A DNA stretch of 32,000 nucleotides from Kiritimatiella glycovorans (GCF_001017655.1 NZ_CP010904.1:1-32000), one strand, 5' to 3'. Shown: positions 1 through 8,459, numbered from the stretch's first letter. Numbers and translations are program-made. Notes: a model not told the origin generated them from the sequence alone.

Positions 1-1362
1 ATGGAATATGAAAAGGGTTTACAAATCTGGTCCCGAGCCTGCGACAAACTCCGGGACATCCTCTCGAAGGACGTATACGAGCGATGGATCGCGGTCATCA
101 CCTACAAAGGCTATAAGGATGAGGTTTACCACCTCAGCGTAACCAATGATTTTTATCTCTCCTGGCTCGAGGAGAATTACAGTTCCCTGATCAGTGAAGC
201 GATCAGCTCGGTGACGGGGGCGCCTGCGCGCATACAGCTGGTCGTCGAGCGCGACGCCGTGCCGGAGCCCGAGGGGGATGAGGAAGAGGCGCCCAAATCC
301 AGGCGCCCGCGGCGACAGGGTGCCGACGCGAATCTGAACAAGGATTATACCTTCGAGAATTTCGTCATCGGCCCGTCGAATAACTTTTCGCATGCGGCGG
401 CGATGGCGGTGGCCCAGTCCCCTTCGCGGGCCTACAACCCGCTGTTTATTTACGGGGGAACGGGACTGGGCAAAACGCATCTGATGCAGGCGATCGGCAA
501 TTTCGTGCTCTCGAAAAACCGTCGCAAACGGGTCTCGTATCTCTCGTGCGAGACCTTCACCAACGAATACATCGACGCGCTGGGTCAGAAAAAACTGACC
601 CAGTTCCGTAAGCGGTACCGCAATGTCGATCTCCTCCTGATCGACGACATTCATTTTCTGCGCGGCAAGCAGCAGATGCAGGAGGAATTCTTTCATACCT
701 TCAACGCCCTCTTTCAAAACCGCAAGCAGATCGTGCTCACCTGCGACCGGCCGGCCAGTGAACTCAAGGATCTGACGCCCCGGCTGGTCTCCCGGTTCGA
801 ATGGGGCCTCGTCACCGAGCTGGAAGTTCCGGACATCGAGACCCGGATCGCCATTCTCCGCCACAAATCGGAATACCTCAACCTGGCGATCCCCGAGTCC
901 CTGCTTTTCTTTCTCGCCGAGCGAATCTCGACCAACATCCGCCGCCTGGAGGGCGGTCTGATCCGCGTGGCGTCCTATATCTCACTCACCGGGAAGAAAG
1001 ATAAAAAGGATATCGAATACCTGCTCAGGGATACGCTCGATCAGCAGCAGGATCACTATGTGCCCGTCGACCTCATCCAGCGGACCGTGGCACGTCACTT
1101 CGGCATCCACGTCGCGGACCTGATGGGAAAAAAGAGACCTCGCTCCATTGCGCATCCGCGCCAGATCGCGATGTACCTGGCCCGCTGCCTCACCCAGGAA
1201 TCGCTCCCTTCTCTCGGCGGGGCGTTCGGCCGCAACCATGCAACCATCCTCCACGCCTACCGGCAGGTCGAAAAACGGACCGGCGAAGACAATCAGATTC
1301 GCCAGACCGTGAACACACTCAAACAGAAAATTGCGGCGGAAGCCCGTGGCCAGACGGTTTAA
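1..1362 (+). CDS. dnaA: chromosomal replication initiator DnaA, 453 aa, apparently complete (record begins on its ATG)
   Basis: AAA+ Walker A GGTGLGKTHL and Walker B LLLIDDIHFL. C-terminal DnaA-box binding helix AHPRQIAMYLARCLT. dnaN follows. Confidence 0.97.
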   Translation: MEYEKGLQIWSRACDKLRDILSKDVYERWIAVITYKGYKDEVYHLSVTNDFYLSWLEENYSSLISEAISSVTGAPARIQLVVERDAVPEPEGDEEEAPKSRRPRRQGADANLNKDYTFENFVIGPSNNFSHAAAMAVAQSPSRAYNPLFIYGGTGLGKTHLMQAIGNFVLSKNRRKRVSYLSCETFTNEYIDALGQKKLTQFRKRYRNVDLLLIDDIHFLRGKQQMQEEFFHTFNALFQNRKQIVLTCDRPASELKDLTPRLVSRFEWGLVTELEVPDIETRIAILRHKSEYLNLAIPESLLFFLAERISTNIRRLEGGLIRVASYISLTGKKDKKDIEYLLRDTLDQQQDHYVPVDLIQRTVARHFGIHVADLMGKKRPRSIAHPRQIAMYLARCLTQESLPSLGGAFGRNHATILHAYRQVEKRTGEDNQIRQTVNTLKQKIAAEARGQTV

Positions 1363-1618
1363 TATCCTGTGAATAAACAGCTGAAAAACTGTGGGCAAAC
1401 CGGACCCGATGATAACAAGCGAAGCATTCGTTCACAGGATTCACAGGGGATACCAAGGATATGCACAGACTTGCTGACAAATATAAACTTTGATTTAACA
1501 ATGGGTTACACCCCAAACGCCCTCTTAAAACGGGGTTTTCCACACCTATAATAAGAGGTATACATAAATATAATTTAATCTAATATTAAGATTCCCTGTG
1601 AAGAGAAAGGACGGAACG
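1363..1618. other. candidate oriC in the dnaA-dnaN spacer (DnaA-box-like 9-mers plus an AT-rich unwinding element)
   Basis: TGTGAATAA at 1368-1376 (8/9 to TGTGGATAA), TGTGGGCAA at 1390-1398 (7/9), TTTTCCACA at 1536-1544 (8/9 to TTATCCACA). The core CCTGTGAA occurs four times: 1366-1373 and 1595-1602 on +, 1431-1438 and 1440-1447 on -. A stretch at 1546-1593 is about 85% A+T in an otherwise GC-rich window. Confidence 0.55.
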
Positions 1619-2722
1619 ATGAAATTTCTGATTGAAAAAGAACCTTTGCTGGAGGCCCTCCAGCGAGTCCAGTCGATCGTGGCCCAGCGGCCGACGCTGG
1701 CGATCCTGGCCAATGTGCTGCTCAAGGCGGAGGACCAGCGGATTACCCTCACGACCACAGACCTTGAAGTGAGCGTAAGGACTTCGGTGGAGGCGGATGT
1801 GAGCGAGGAAGGGGGCACGACATTGCCTGCCCGCCGGCTGTTCAGCATCTGCCGGGCGCTGTCGGGCCATCAGGTGGAGATCGAGACCGATGAGAAGGAG
1901 ACCGCGACGATTGACTGCGGTCCTTCGCATTTCAAGCTGATGGGAACGGCGGAGGATGAATTTCCGCCCCTGCCTTCGTTCGAGGCGGGATTGCGTTATG
2001 AAATGGATGAATCGGTCCTGCGGCAGATGCTGGAGAAGACCTGCTATGCCGCATCGACGGACGAGTCGCGTTATATCCTCAACGGGGTCCTGCTCAGCTT
2101 CAAGGAGGAGAAATTGACTGCGGTCGCCACGGACGGCCGCCGACTGGCCATGCTCGAGCAGGAGGTCGAATTTCCGGCGTCGGCGGAAGCGGATTACGTG
2201 ATCCCCACCAAAACGGTTCATGAACTGATCCGTACCCTGGGTGATGAGGGAACGCTCCGTATTGCAGCGACGGATAAAGAGAACCAGATTTCCTTCGAAT
2301 ACGGGCAGATGCTGGTCGTATCGAAGCTGATCGAAGGCACGTTTCCGAACTTCCGGCAGGTGATTCCCTCCGAGAGCGAGGAGCGGGTCGCGATCGAACG
2401 GGAGGGATTGCTCGATGCGCTTAAACGCGCGTCGATCGTCACGGACGCCCAGACGGCCTCCGTGCAGCTTCATTTCTGTGAAAACAGCCTCGAGCTGGTG
2501 ACGCAGAGCCCCGAGGTCGGAACGGCTCAGGAAAAAATGCCGATCAAGTACGACGGCAAGGACATGACGATCGCGTTCAATCCCGTATTTATCATGGATC
2601 CGCTGCGCCACCTGGAGAGCGATGAGATCTATATCGAACTCTCGGATCACCTCAGCCCCGGCGTCATCAAGAGCGATATTCCTTTTCTCTACGTGATCAT
2701 GCCGATACGGGTCAACGAGTAG
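1619..2722 (+). CDS. dnaN: DNA polymerase III beta sliding clamp, 367 aa
   Basis: Start moved to ATG 1619 (MKFLIEKEPLLEAL...) behind AGAAAGGA. N-terminus RPTLAILANVLLKAEDQRITLTTTDLEVS is typical of the clamp. Sits directly after dnaA. Confidence 0.95.
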   Translation: MKFLIEKEPLLEALQRVQSIVAQRPTLAILANVLLKAEDQRITLTTTDLEVSVRTSVEADVSEEGGTTLPARRLFSICRALSGHQVEIETDEKETATIDCGPSHFKLMGTAEDEFPPLPSFEAGLRYEMDESVLRQMLEKTCYAASTDESRYILNGVLLSFKEEKLTAVATDGRRLAMLEQEVEFPASAEADYVIPTKTVHELIRTLGDEGTLRIAATDKENQISFEYGQMLVVSKLIEGTFPNFRQVIPSESEERVAIEREGLLDALKRASIVTDAQTASVQLHFCENSLELVTQSPEVGTAQEKMPIKYDGKDMTIAFNPVFIMDPLRHLESDEIYIELSDHLSPGVIKSDIPFLYVIMPIRVNE

Positions 2723-2728
2723 AAAAGA

Positions 2729-2802
2729 TGGTTGCCGAACCAGGGCTCGAACCTGGACTAACTGGGCCAGAACCAGTCGTGCTACCATTACACCATTCGG
2801 CA
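2729..2802 (-). tRNA. tRNA-Gln, anticodon CUG, CCA encoded
   Basis: Folded by hand from the reverse complement: acceptor TGCCGAA/TTCGGCA, D stem GTGT/GCAC, anticodon stem ACTGG/CCAGT with loop TTCTGGC, T arm CCAGG-TTCGAGC-CCTGG, discriminator A plus CCA. Confidence 0.9.
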
Positions 2803-2817
2803 ATAGCGCAATTCACC

Positions 2818-2845
2818 AAGATAGAAAAAATTCTCATCGGTTCAA
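2818..2845 (-). promoter_or_regulatory. possible sigma-70 promoter for tRNA-Gln (TTGAAC-N16-TATCTT)
   Basis: On the minus strand, TTGAAC (2845-2840) and TATCTT (2823-2818) lie about 15 nt upstream of the tRNA 5' end. Confidence 0.35.
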
Positions 2846-2885
2846 GCGGATAAGACAGAAAATCCTGGCGCGGGGAAATATTCAG

Positions 2886-3158
2886 ATGCCGGACGACAGG
2901 TCTTCGGATAAAAACGAGAAGCGAATCGCCGCGCTGCTGGGTATCGGCTTTGAGCAGGATGGCCACACCAGGTTGAGCTGGGGAAGGGACCACGTGGTCG
3001 GGGGCGGCGACGAGCACGTCCATGAATGGATTGCAGCGTTGTGCCGCCGGGTCGAAAAACGGCTCGAACGCGAGCGGATCGCACTGGCCGATCTGGACAT
3101 CGATGAATTGAAAGTGCTGATCTCCGAAGCGGTGGAAGAGATGCCGGAGGTACGATGA
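2886..3158 (+). CDS. small hypothetical protein, 90 aa
   Basis: The only ORF here with protein-like composition (KRIAALLGIGFEQDGHTRLSWGRDHVVGGGDEHVHEW, acidic helical C-terminus). Co-directional with the glycosyltransferase 50 bp downstream. The RBS is weak. Confidence 0.45.
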   Translation: MPDDRSSDKNEKRIAALLGIGFEQDGHTRLSWGRDHVVGGGDEHVHEWIAALCRRVEKRLERERIALADLDIDELKVLISEAVEEMPEVR

Positions 3159-3207
3159 AGGGCGCAGGAGAAACCGGGATGAGTTCAGGCATCCTTCCGG
3201 GGCGGCC

Positions 3208-4410
3208 ATGAAAATTCTGTTTCTCTCCCACCGTTTCCCCCATTCCCGCATTGCCGGCGGACACCGCCTCGTGTACGAACGCATTCAGTACCTTCTCGGC
3301 CGGGGCTACGAGGTCGGCCTGGCCTCTTTCACCTCGAACGAACCGGGATCGATGCTTCATGAGGCCGCGCAGGAACTCCTGGATCTGCGCACCGTGAAGG
3401 CCCCCCACAAAAACGTGCTCTCACGGGTGGGTCATTACGTGACCCCACGCATGCCGACGATGTTTCTGAGGAATTATTCCGAAGAGATGATGCGCAGGGT
3501 GGGCAACCTTGTGGAAAAGGAACATTACGAGGTGGTGATCGCAGAGTTCTCTGAAATGGGTCAGTACCTCTACTGCAATCCATACCTGCCGGCTGTGAGA
3601 AAAATCATTTCCTGCCACCGGTGCCTCACCACCTCCTTTATGAAATACGTGCGGACGGCGGGACTCCCCTTTCTGCTGCGCGCAAAGAGCCTGCTTCAAT
3701 TTCTTGCCATACGACGCTATGAGTTTGAAATGTACCGGCATATGGACCGGGTCATCGTGCTCACGTCCCAGGACCACAGCGAACTGCTCAACTACGCGCC
3801 GGACCTCTACCTGGATATTGTTCCCATGGGGGTAGACACGGGTTACCTGCAGAAGGAGCAGGTCGAAGAAGAGCGTCCGATCGTGCTGATGACCGGGTAT
3901 TACCGCGACATTGCCAATCTGGACGCGGCGGTGTGGTTCTACCGCTATGTGTGGCCCCGCCTGCGTGAGGATAACCCCGAACTGGAATTTCATATCGTCG
4001 GCGCCGACCCTCCGCGCCGTCTCCAGCGCCTCGGCGCGCGCGATAAACGGGTGACGGTCACCGGCAGGGTGGATGACCTGAGACCGTACCGGCACCGCTC
4101 GCAGGTGTTCGTGTGTCCGGTGAGGCTGGGGGCCGGCGCGCGAACCAAGTGTCTGGAAGCCATGGCTTCGGGCCTCCCCGTGGTGTCGACCTCGCTGGGA
4201 ATGGCCGGACTGCCCGCGGAAAACGGGGATAACTGCCTGGTGGCGGACACGCCGGAACTTATGCGCCAGTGCGTGCAGTGGCTCCTTTCCGACGAACAGC
4301 TCAGAAAAAAGATAAGGAACAATGCGTCTCGTATGATTCGCGAGCGCTTCTCGATGGAAAAAAGCATGGGCGCACTCGAGAAGACGGTTCGGGATGTGGC
4401 TTCACTCTGA
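3208..4410 (+). CDS. GT4-family (GT-B fold) glycosyltransferase, 400 aa
   Basis: N-terminus MKILFLSHRFP. C-terminal donor-binding region GRVDDLRPYRHRSQVFVCPVRLGAGARTKCLEAMASGLPVVST, an EX7E-type motif. Confidence 0.85.
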   Translation: MKILFLSHRFPHSRIAGGHRLVYERIQYLLGRGYEVGLASFTSNEPGSMLHEAAQELLDLRTVKAPHKNVLSRVGHYVTPRMPTMFLRNYSEEMMRRVGNLVEKEHYEVVIAEFSEMGQYLYCNPYLPAVRKIISCHRCLTTSFMKYVRTAGLPFLLRAKSLLQFLAIRRYEFEMYRHMDRVIVLTSQDHSELLNYAPDLYLDIVPMGVDTGYLQKEQVEEERPIVLMTGYYRDIANLDAAVWFYRYVWPRLREDNPELEFHIVGADPPRRLQRLGARDKRVTVTGRVDDLRPYRHRSQVFVCPVRLGAGARTKCLEAMASGLPVVSTSLGMAGLPAENGDNCLVADTPELMRQCVQWLLSDEQLRKKIRNNASRMIRERFSMEKSMGALEKTVRDVASL

Positions 4411-4424
4411 TCCGATCGACCCGT

Positions 4425-5705
4425 TCAGGGCGTGAACCGTCCCCGGAACAGCGTCGCCGCAGCCCTCCCCGTAAGCGTCTTTCCGCAGAAGGGGCTGTTG
4501 CGCGATTTCGAGTGGAAGCGTTCCGGGTCCACGACCCACTCGTGATCCAGGTCCAGGCAGACGAGATCCGCGCGGGCTCCCGGGGCCAGCGACGGAGCGG
4601 GCCGTCCGAGGATGGCGGCCGGCGCCGTCGTCCAGCGCCGCACCCATTCCAGGGGCGAGAGGATTCCGGCGAGCACCGTCGTCGTGAACGTAGCCCCCGC
4701 GGCGGTCTCGGCCCCCACCATTCCGAAGGGCGCATCGATAAACCCCCGCGCCTTGGCTTCCGCCGTGTGCGGTGCGTGGTCCGTGGCAAACACGTCCAGC
4801 GTGCCGTCCCGTACCCCCGCGAGCAGCGCTTCACGATCCCGGGCCGAACGGAGCGGGGGATTCACCTTGAAGTTCGTGTTGCCCGGATCAATGTCGCGGT
4901 CGCAGAACGCGAGATGATGCGGGGTGGCTTCGGCGGTAACGGGCAGCCCCTCTTTTTTCGCCGCGCGGATGAGGTCGACGGAAGCAGCGGCGGATACGTG
5001 CTGAATATGGAGCCGGCAGCCGGTCATGCGGGCGATCGCGATATCCCTTTCGACGATATCGGTTTCCGCGCTTGCCGAAATGCCCGGCAGTCCCAGTTCG
5101 CGCGACCGTTCGCCCTCATGCATAACGCCGCCGGCTTCCAGCTTCGGGTCCTGGGCATGGTCCATAACGAGACCGCCGGTCCGGGCCACGGCGCGGCAGG
5201 CTGCTTCCATGACCTCCGGATCCGACGGCGTCGTGCCGTCGTCGGTGAACGCGACCGCCCCCGCCTGCGCGAGCGCCGTGTAGTCGGCGGGCTGTTCGCC
5301 CGAGCGCGCCGGGGTAAGCGCCGCGGCCGGGAGGATATCGATCAACCCCGCCGCGGAGCTGAGTTCACGTATCCGGCGCACCGCGGCGGGCGAATCGACC
5401 GGCGGGCGCGTATTGGGCATCGAGACCGCGGCGGTAAATCCCCCGGCGGCGAAGGCGCGCGACCCGGTGGCCACGGTTTCCGCCGCCTCGCCGCCGGGTT
5501 CGCGGAAATGGGCGTGCAGATCGATAAAGGCCGGAGCAACGTGAAGACCGCGGGCGTCGTATTCGCGTAGGCCGGGCGGGGTTTCGGACAGGCGGGAGAT
5601 GATCCCGTCCAGCACGAGCAGGTCATCCTCCTGTTCACGGCCCGCCGCGGGGTCGATCAGGGTCGCGCCGCGGAAGAGCACGGATCGGGACGGATCGAAG
5701 GTCAT
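4425..5705 (-). CDS. pyrC: dihydroorotase, about 426 aa
   Basis: Start trimmed to ATG 5705 (MTFDPSRSVLFRGATLIDP). Metal-binding motifs IDLHAHFREPG and VFATDHAPH. Its ATG shares one base with the TAA of the upstream gene (TAATG). Confidence 0.9.
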   Translation of the reverse strand: MTFDPSRSVLFRGATLIDPAAGREQEDDLLVLDGIISRLSETPPGLREYDARGLHVAPAFIDLHAHFREPGGEAAETVATGSRAFAAGGFTAAVSMPNTRPPVDSPAAVRRIRELSSAAGLIDILPAAALTPARSGEQPADYTALAQAGAVAFTDDGTTPSDPEVMEAACRAVARTGGLVMDHAQDPKLEAGGVMHEGERSRELGLPGISASAETDIVERDIAIARMTGCRLHIQHVSAAASVDLIRAAKKEGLPVTAEATPHHLAFCDRDIDPGNTNFKVNPPLRSARDREALLAGVRDGTLDVFATDHAPHTAEAKARGFIDAPFGMVGAETAAGATFTTTVLAGILSPLEWVRRWTTAPAAILGRPAPSLAPGARADLVCLDLDHEWVVDPERFHSKSRNSPFCGKTLTGRAAATLFRGRFTP

Positions 5706-7012
5706 TACAGCTCCGATAGCTTCATTTCGCCCAGCTTCTGCCGGAAGCCTTCCCGGGCGGCGTCCAGGGCGCGGTCCACCGATTCGGGCAGGCCGCCCAG
5801 ACCGCACTGTTCCATGGAGGCGCCCTCGTTGAGCAACAGCTGGTAGAGTTCGTCTACCGCGATGTTGCGCGGATCGCGCAGCAGCGTGTAGGCCTTGGGG
5901 TTGTCCGCCGTGCCCGTAATGTACCCGGCGCTCCGCAGGGTATCGACGATCTTCCGGACCAGACGGGCGGGAAGATGGTGATCCCGCGCAAAGCCCGCGC
6001 TGTCGAGCGGGATGCCGCGATTCTCGAAATCGTCCCTCAACTCGCGCATGACCATGAGCGCCACCGCAAGCTGGGTAAAGACGCTGGCGCGGGCGGCGAT
6101 GCGCTCGCGGTGGTAGGACCCCGCATGCTGGGAGGAGAACGACAGCTCCGCCCCGAACAGCAGGATCATCCAGCTTATCTGCAGCCAGAAGAGAAAGATG
6201 GGGATCAGGGCGAAGGTCCCGTAGATCGCGTTGTACCGGGCGACGCCGACCTGGAACTTGATGAATACGATCTGCCAGAGCACCCAGAGGATGGCGCCGA
6301 CGAGTCCGCCCAGGGCGGCGGATCGCAGCGGAACCGACGTATTGGGAAGAAAGACGTAGAGCGAGATGAAAGCAAGGGTCGTGATGGCGATCGGCATGAG
6401 CCGGAGACCGATGCTGACGAGCGGGCCGAGCACCGCGATCTTTTCCAGGTAGACCTGGATCAGTGAGACACACGTCACGGCCACCGCCATAAGCAGCGGC
6501 GCCACGACCAGGACGGTGATGTAGTTCTGACACTTGCGAAGAAAGTTGCGCGGCGTAACCACGCCCCAGATCACGTTGAAGGTCTCCTCGATCCGGTTGA
6601 TCATCTTGATGACCACCAGCAGCAGGGCCAGCGCGCCGACAGCTCCGAGCGCGGCGAAGCTGGTCTCGCGGGCCAGTTCGATGACCTTCTCGATGAACCG
6701 CTGAAACTGTTCGGGCATCTGCGCCGAAAATTCGATCAGCTTTTCGGTCGCCAGCGTCCCGCCGAAGGCGTTGCTGATGGTGAACAGCACGGCCAGCAGC
6801 GGGACGAGCGCCATGACCGTGCTGAACGTGAGCGCGGAGGCCTGCAGAGGACACTGATCGCTGCGGAACCCTTTGAACGCGAGGACGAGTACACGGGCGG
6901 CTTTGAGCACGCGCCGTCGGGTGCCGGAGAGCGCCGCCGACTCAATCTCCCAGATATCGATTTGGCGCCATTCGTTCAGGCGATCACGCCAGTTTTTTTT
7001 GCCGCCGCTCAT
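5705..7012 (-). CDS. YihY/BrkB-family inner-membrane protein with a C-terminal soluble extension of about 130 aa, 435 aa
   Basis: QASALTFSTVMALVPLLAVLF plus multiple hydrophobic helices typical of YihY/BrkB. The C-terminal third is non-membrane and looks like a winged helix. Confidence 0.8.
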   Translation of the reverse strand: MSGGKKNWRDRLNEWRQIDIWEIESAALSGTRRRVLKAARVLVLAFKGFRSDQCPLQASALTFSTVMALVPLLAVLFTISNAFGGTLATEKLIEFSAQMPEQFQRFIEKVIELARETSFAALGAVGALALLLVVIKMINRIEETFNVIWGVVTPRNFLRKCQNYITVLVVAPLLMAVAVTCVSLIQVYLEKIAVLGPLVSIGLRLMPIAITTLAFISLYVFLPNTSVPLRSAALGGLVGAILWVLWQIVFIKFQVGVARYNAIYGTFALIPIFLFWLQISWMILLFGAELSFSSQHAGSYHRERIAARASVFTQLAVALMVMRELRDDFENRGIPLDSAGFARDHHLPARLVRKIVDTLRSAGYITGTADNPKAYTLLRDPRNIAVDELYQLLLNEGASMEQCGLGGLPESVDRALDAAREGFRQKLGEMKLSEL

Positions 7013-7035
7013 TCAGCCGAACCGCTCCGTCGGAA

Positions 7036-7848
7036 TCACTCTTCTTCGCCGGTCGCCTTGCGCAGCAGTCCGCCCAGCGTCTTTTTGACGTTCTCGCCGG
7101 CGGATTCACCCGCGCCCTTCAGCGCTTCACCGGCACCTTTCAACGCATCCGAGGAGAGTTCGCCGGACTGTTTCAGGAGATCGCCCACCGCCCCGCTTCC
7201 TTCGGTGGCGGCCCGGCCCGTCTCTTTCAGCACGACGGTCATGACGCGGTTGAGAACTTCGGCCCAGCCGGTCTTCTCCCCGCCTCCGCCGATATCCTTC
7301 AGCTCCACGGGCGGGAGCGCGACGGTCATGGACCGGCCCTGCATCAGCGGGCCGCTCACATGGACTTTGCCGCCTTCGAGGGTGAGGAGTCCGATGGAGA
7401 CGGACTTCCCGGCGCCGGGCTTTTCTCCGGCCTCTTCTTCCGCGGGCGCGGCGGCTTCCTTTTCCAGCCCCTTCTTTATGGCGCCGAGATTGCTCCCGGT
7501 CGGGCGCAGCTCGTAGGTCAGCTCAGGCTCGCGAATCAGAATCGAGACGATCTCGATCCGGTCGGAGAACACGCTCCCCGGACGGAGATGCACGGCCACT
7601 TCGCCCAGCGAAAAGGCCTGCTCGGTCTGAAAGCCCTCGGGATTGCCCACGCGCAGACCCTCGAGCCGGACGCGGCCCTGCATGAGGTTGATCCCCACAT
7701 CGTCGAGTTCCACCGGGACGCCCACCGCGGCCGGCCCGAATTTTTCCACCGCCGTCTTCACGACGGGTCCCGCAGCGAAGGTGCCGATCACCGCGACGAT
7801 CACGACCAGCGCCACCACCACGGCCAGCAGTTTGAGCAGCAGTTTCAT
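7036..7848 (-). CDS. membrane-anchored AsmA-like/DUF748-like protein, about 270 aa
   Basis: Start trimmed to ATG 7848 (MKLLLKLLAVVVALVVIVAVIG) behind GGGAGGG. Single N-terminal TM helix, then VELDDVGINLMQGRVRLEGLRVGNPEGF, typical of AsmA/DUF748 N-terminal regions. Confidence 0.7.
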   Translation of the reverse strand: MKLLLKLLAVVVALVVIVAVIGTFAAGPVVKTAVEKFGPAAVGVPVELDDVGINLMQGRVRLEGLRVGNPEGFQTEQAFSLGEVAVHLRPGSVFSDRIEIVSILIREPELTYELRPTGSNLGAIKKGLEKEAAAPAEEEAGEKPGAGKSVSIGLLTLEGGKVHVSGPLMQGRSMTVALPPVELKDIGGGGEKTGWAEVLNRVMTVVLKETGRAATEGSGAVGDLLKQSGELSSDALKGAGEALKGAGESAGENVKKTLGGLLRKATGEEE

Positions 7849-7980
7849 AATATCCCTCCCCTTTGGGTATCCATTGTCCTCCGCGGTACCCCGCGAATCA
7901 AGCTTCAAACGTCCGGAGGGCAGTTATTCAGCGTCCCTGTTCGGGATAACAACTCGCCGGTCGGGCGGCACCAAAATCGC

Positions 7981-8087
7981 GAACCTATTCCGGCGGTTCT
8001 TCGTAGATTTTTATGGAAGGGTTCCCGGGAAAGGTGGGATGCGGGAGATCGGAAGGGGAGAGAGCATGAAGGTGGGTTGAGGAGGGG
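7981..8087 (+). repeat. P module, subtype 1 (TTCGTAGATTTTTATGGAAGG..., purine-rich)
   Basis: About 85% identical by eye to 27341-27400. Its tail CATGAAGGTGGGTTGAGGAGGGG recurs inverted at 20908-20938 and 27622-27661. Confidence 0.8.
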
Positions 8088-8210
8088 CATAATCCGTACT
8101 CGCACTCGTACTCGTACTCGGAGCGCCGAAGGCGCGATCCCCCTCCCCCGGTTCAAGGAACTCGAGTACGAGTACCGCTTCGCTGAGTACGAGTACGAGT
8201 ACGAATTATG
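8088..8210 (+). repeat. A element copy A1: hexamer-armed palindrome
   Basis: CATAATCC(GTACTC/GCACTC)n, then CTCGGA-GCGCC-GAA-GGCGC-GATCC, a C-tract, GGTTCAAGGAACTC, (GAGTAC)2 CGCTTCGCT (GAGTAC)3 GAATTATG. The termini are inverted repeats. Confidence 0.9.
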
Positions 8211-8243
8211 TCTGTGAATCCCGATTTCGAGATCCCATCCGTG
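8211..8243 (-). repeat. S module (6-nt periodic, ends CGGGATTCACAGA)
   Basis: The reverse complement matches 13895-13925, 18873-18926 and 27794-27844. Confidence 0.75.
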
Positions 8244-8253
8244 TTTTCTCTTA

Positions 8254-8351
8254 CGCTCGTAGTAGGCCCGCAGGCCTGCGAAGCAGGGCCAGGGCCGTTA
8301 TCTTTCACGCGCCTGGCCTGCCGGGGGCAGGCGTGCGGCGCTACTACGAAC
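8254..8351 (-). repeat. Y element copy Y1 (GTAG-headed inverted doublet, REPIN-like)
   Basis: Termini CGCTCGTAGTAG ... CTACTACGAAC. Internal hairpins CCTGC-GAA-GCAGG and GCCTGCC-Cn-GGCAGGC. Homologous to 18663-18760 and 31840-31936. Confidence 0.9.
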
Positions 8352-8358
8352 TTCTTCA

Positions 8359-8459
8359 CGCTCGTAGTAGGCCCGCAGGTCCGCGCAGCGGGGCCAGGGC
8401 CGTTATCTTTCACGCGCCTGGCCTGCCGGGGGGGCAGGCGTGCGGCGCTACTACGAACG
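8359..8459 (-). repeat. Y element copy Y2, tandem to Y1 with a 7-bp gap
   Basis: Termini CGCTCGTAGTAG ... CTACTACGAACG. Same architecture as Y1. Confidence 0.9.

Noticed and set aside
2988-2999. GACCACGTGGTC palindrome as a third parS-like site
   Set aside because: It shares only the central CCACGTGG with parS. The flanks GTT/AAC that define the ParB site are absent, and a 12-bp GC-rich palindrome is plausible by chance inside a CDS.
4269-5570. 433-aa + strand ORF antisense to pyrC. Similar long antisense ORFs occur at 9254-10486, 14825-15925, 16324-17511, 19801-20598, 21346-22503, 23042-23782, 26543-27304, 29363-30568 and 30603-31463.
   Set aside because: All lie opposite genes with strong family motifs, are rich in Arg/Gly/Pro/His, and lack plausible RBS or start contexts. 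They are expected artefacts of high GC content.
4425-6854. 809-aa ORF on the minus strand spanning pyrC and most of the yihY-family gene
   Set aside because: Only the C-terminal 426 aa, from MTFDPSRS at 5705, look like dihydroorotase. The N-terminal 380 aa are Arg/Pro/Gly/His-rich shadow sequence read in another frame of the well-supported YihY-family CDS. This is a typical stop-poor frame in GC-rich DNA.
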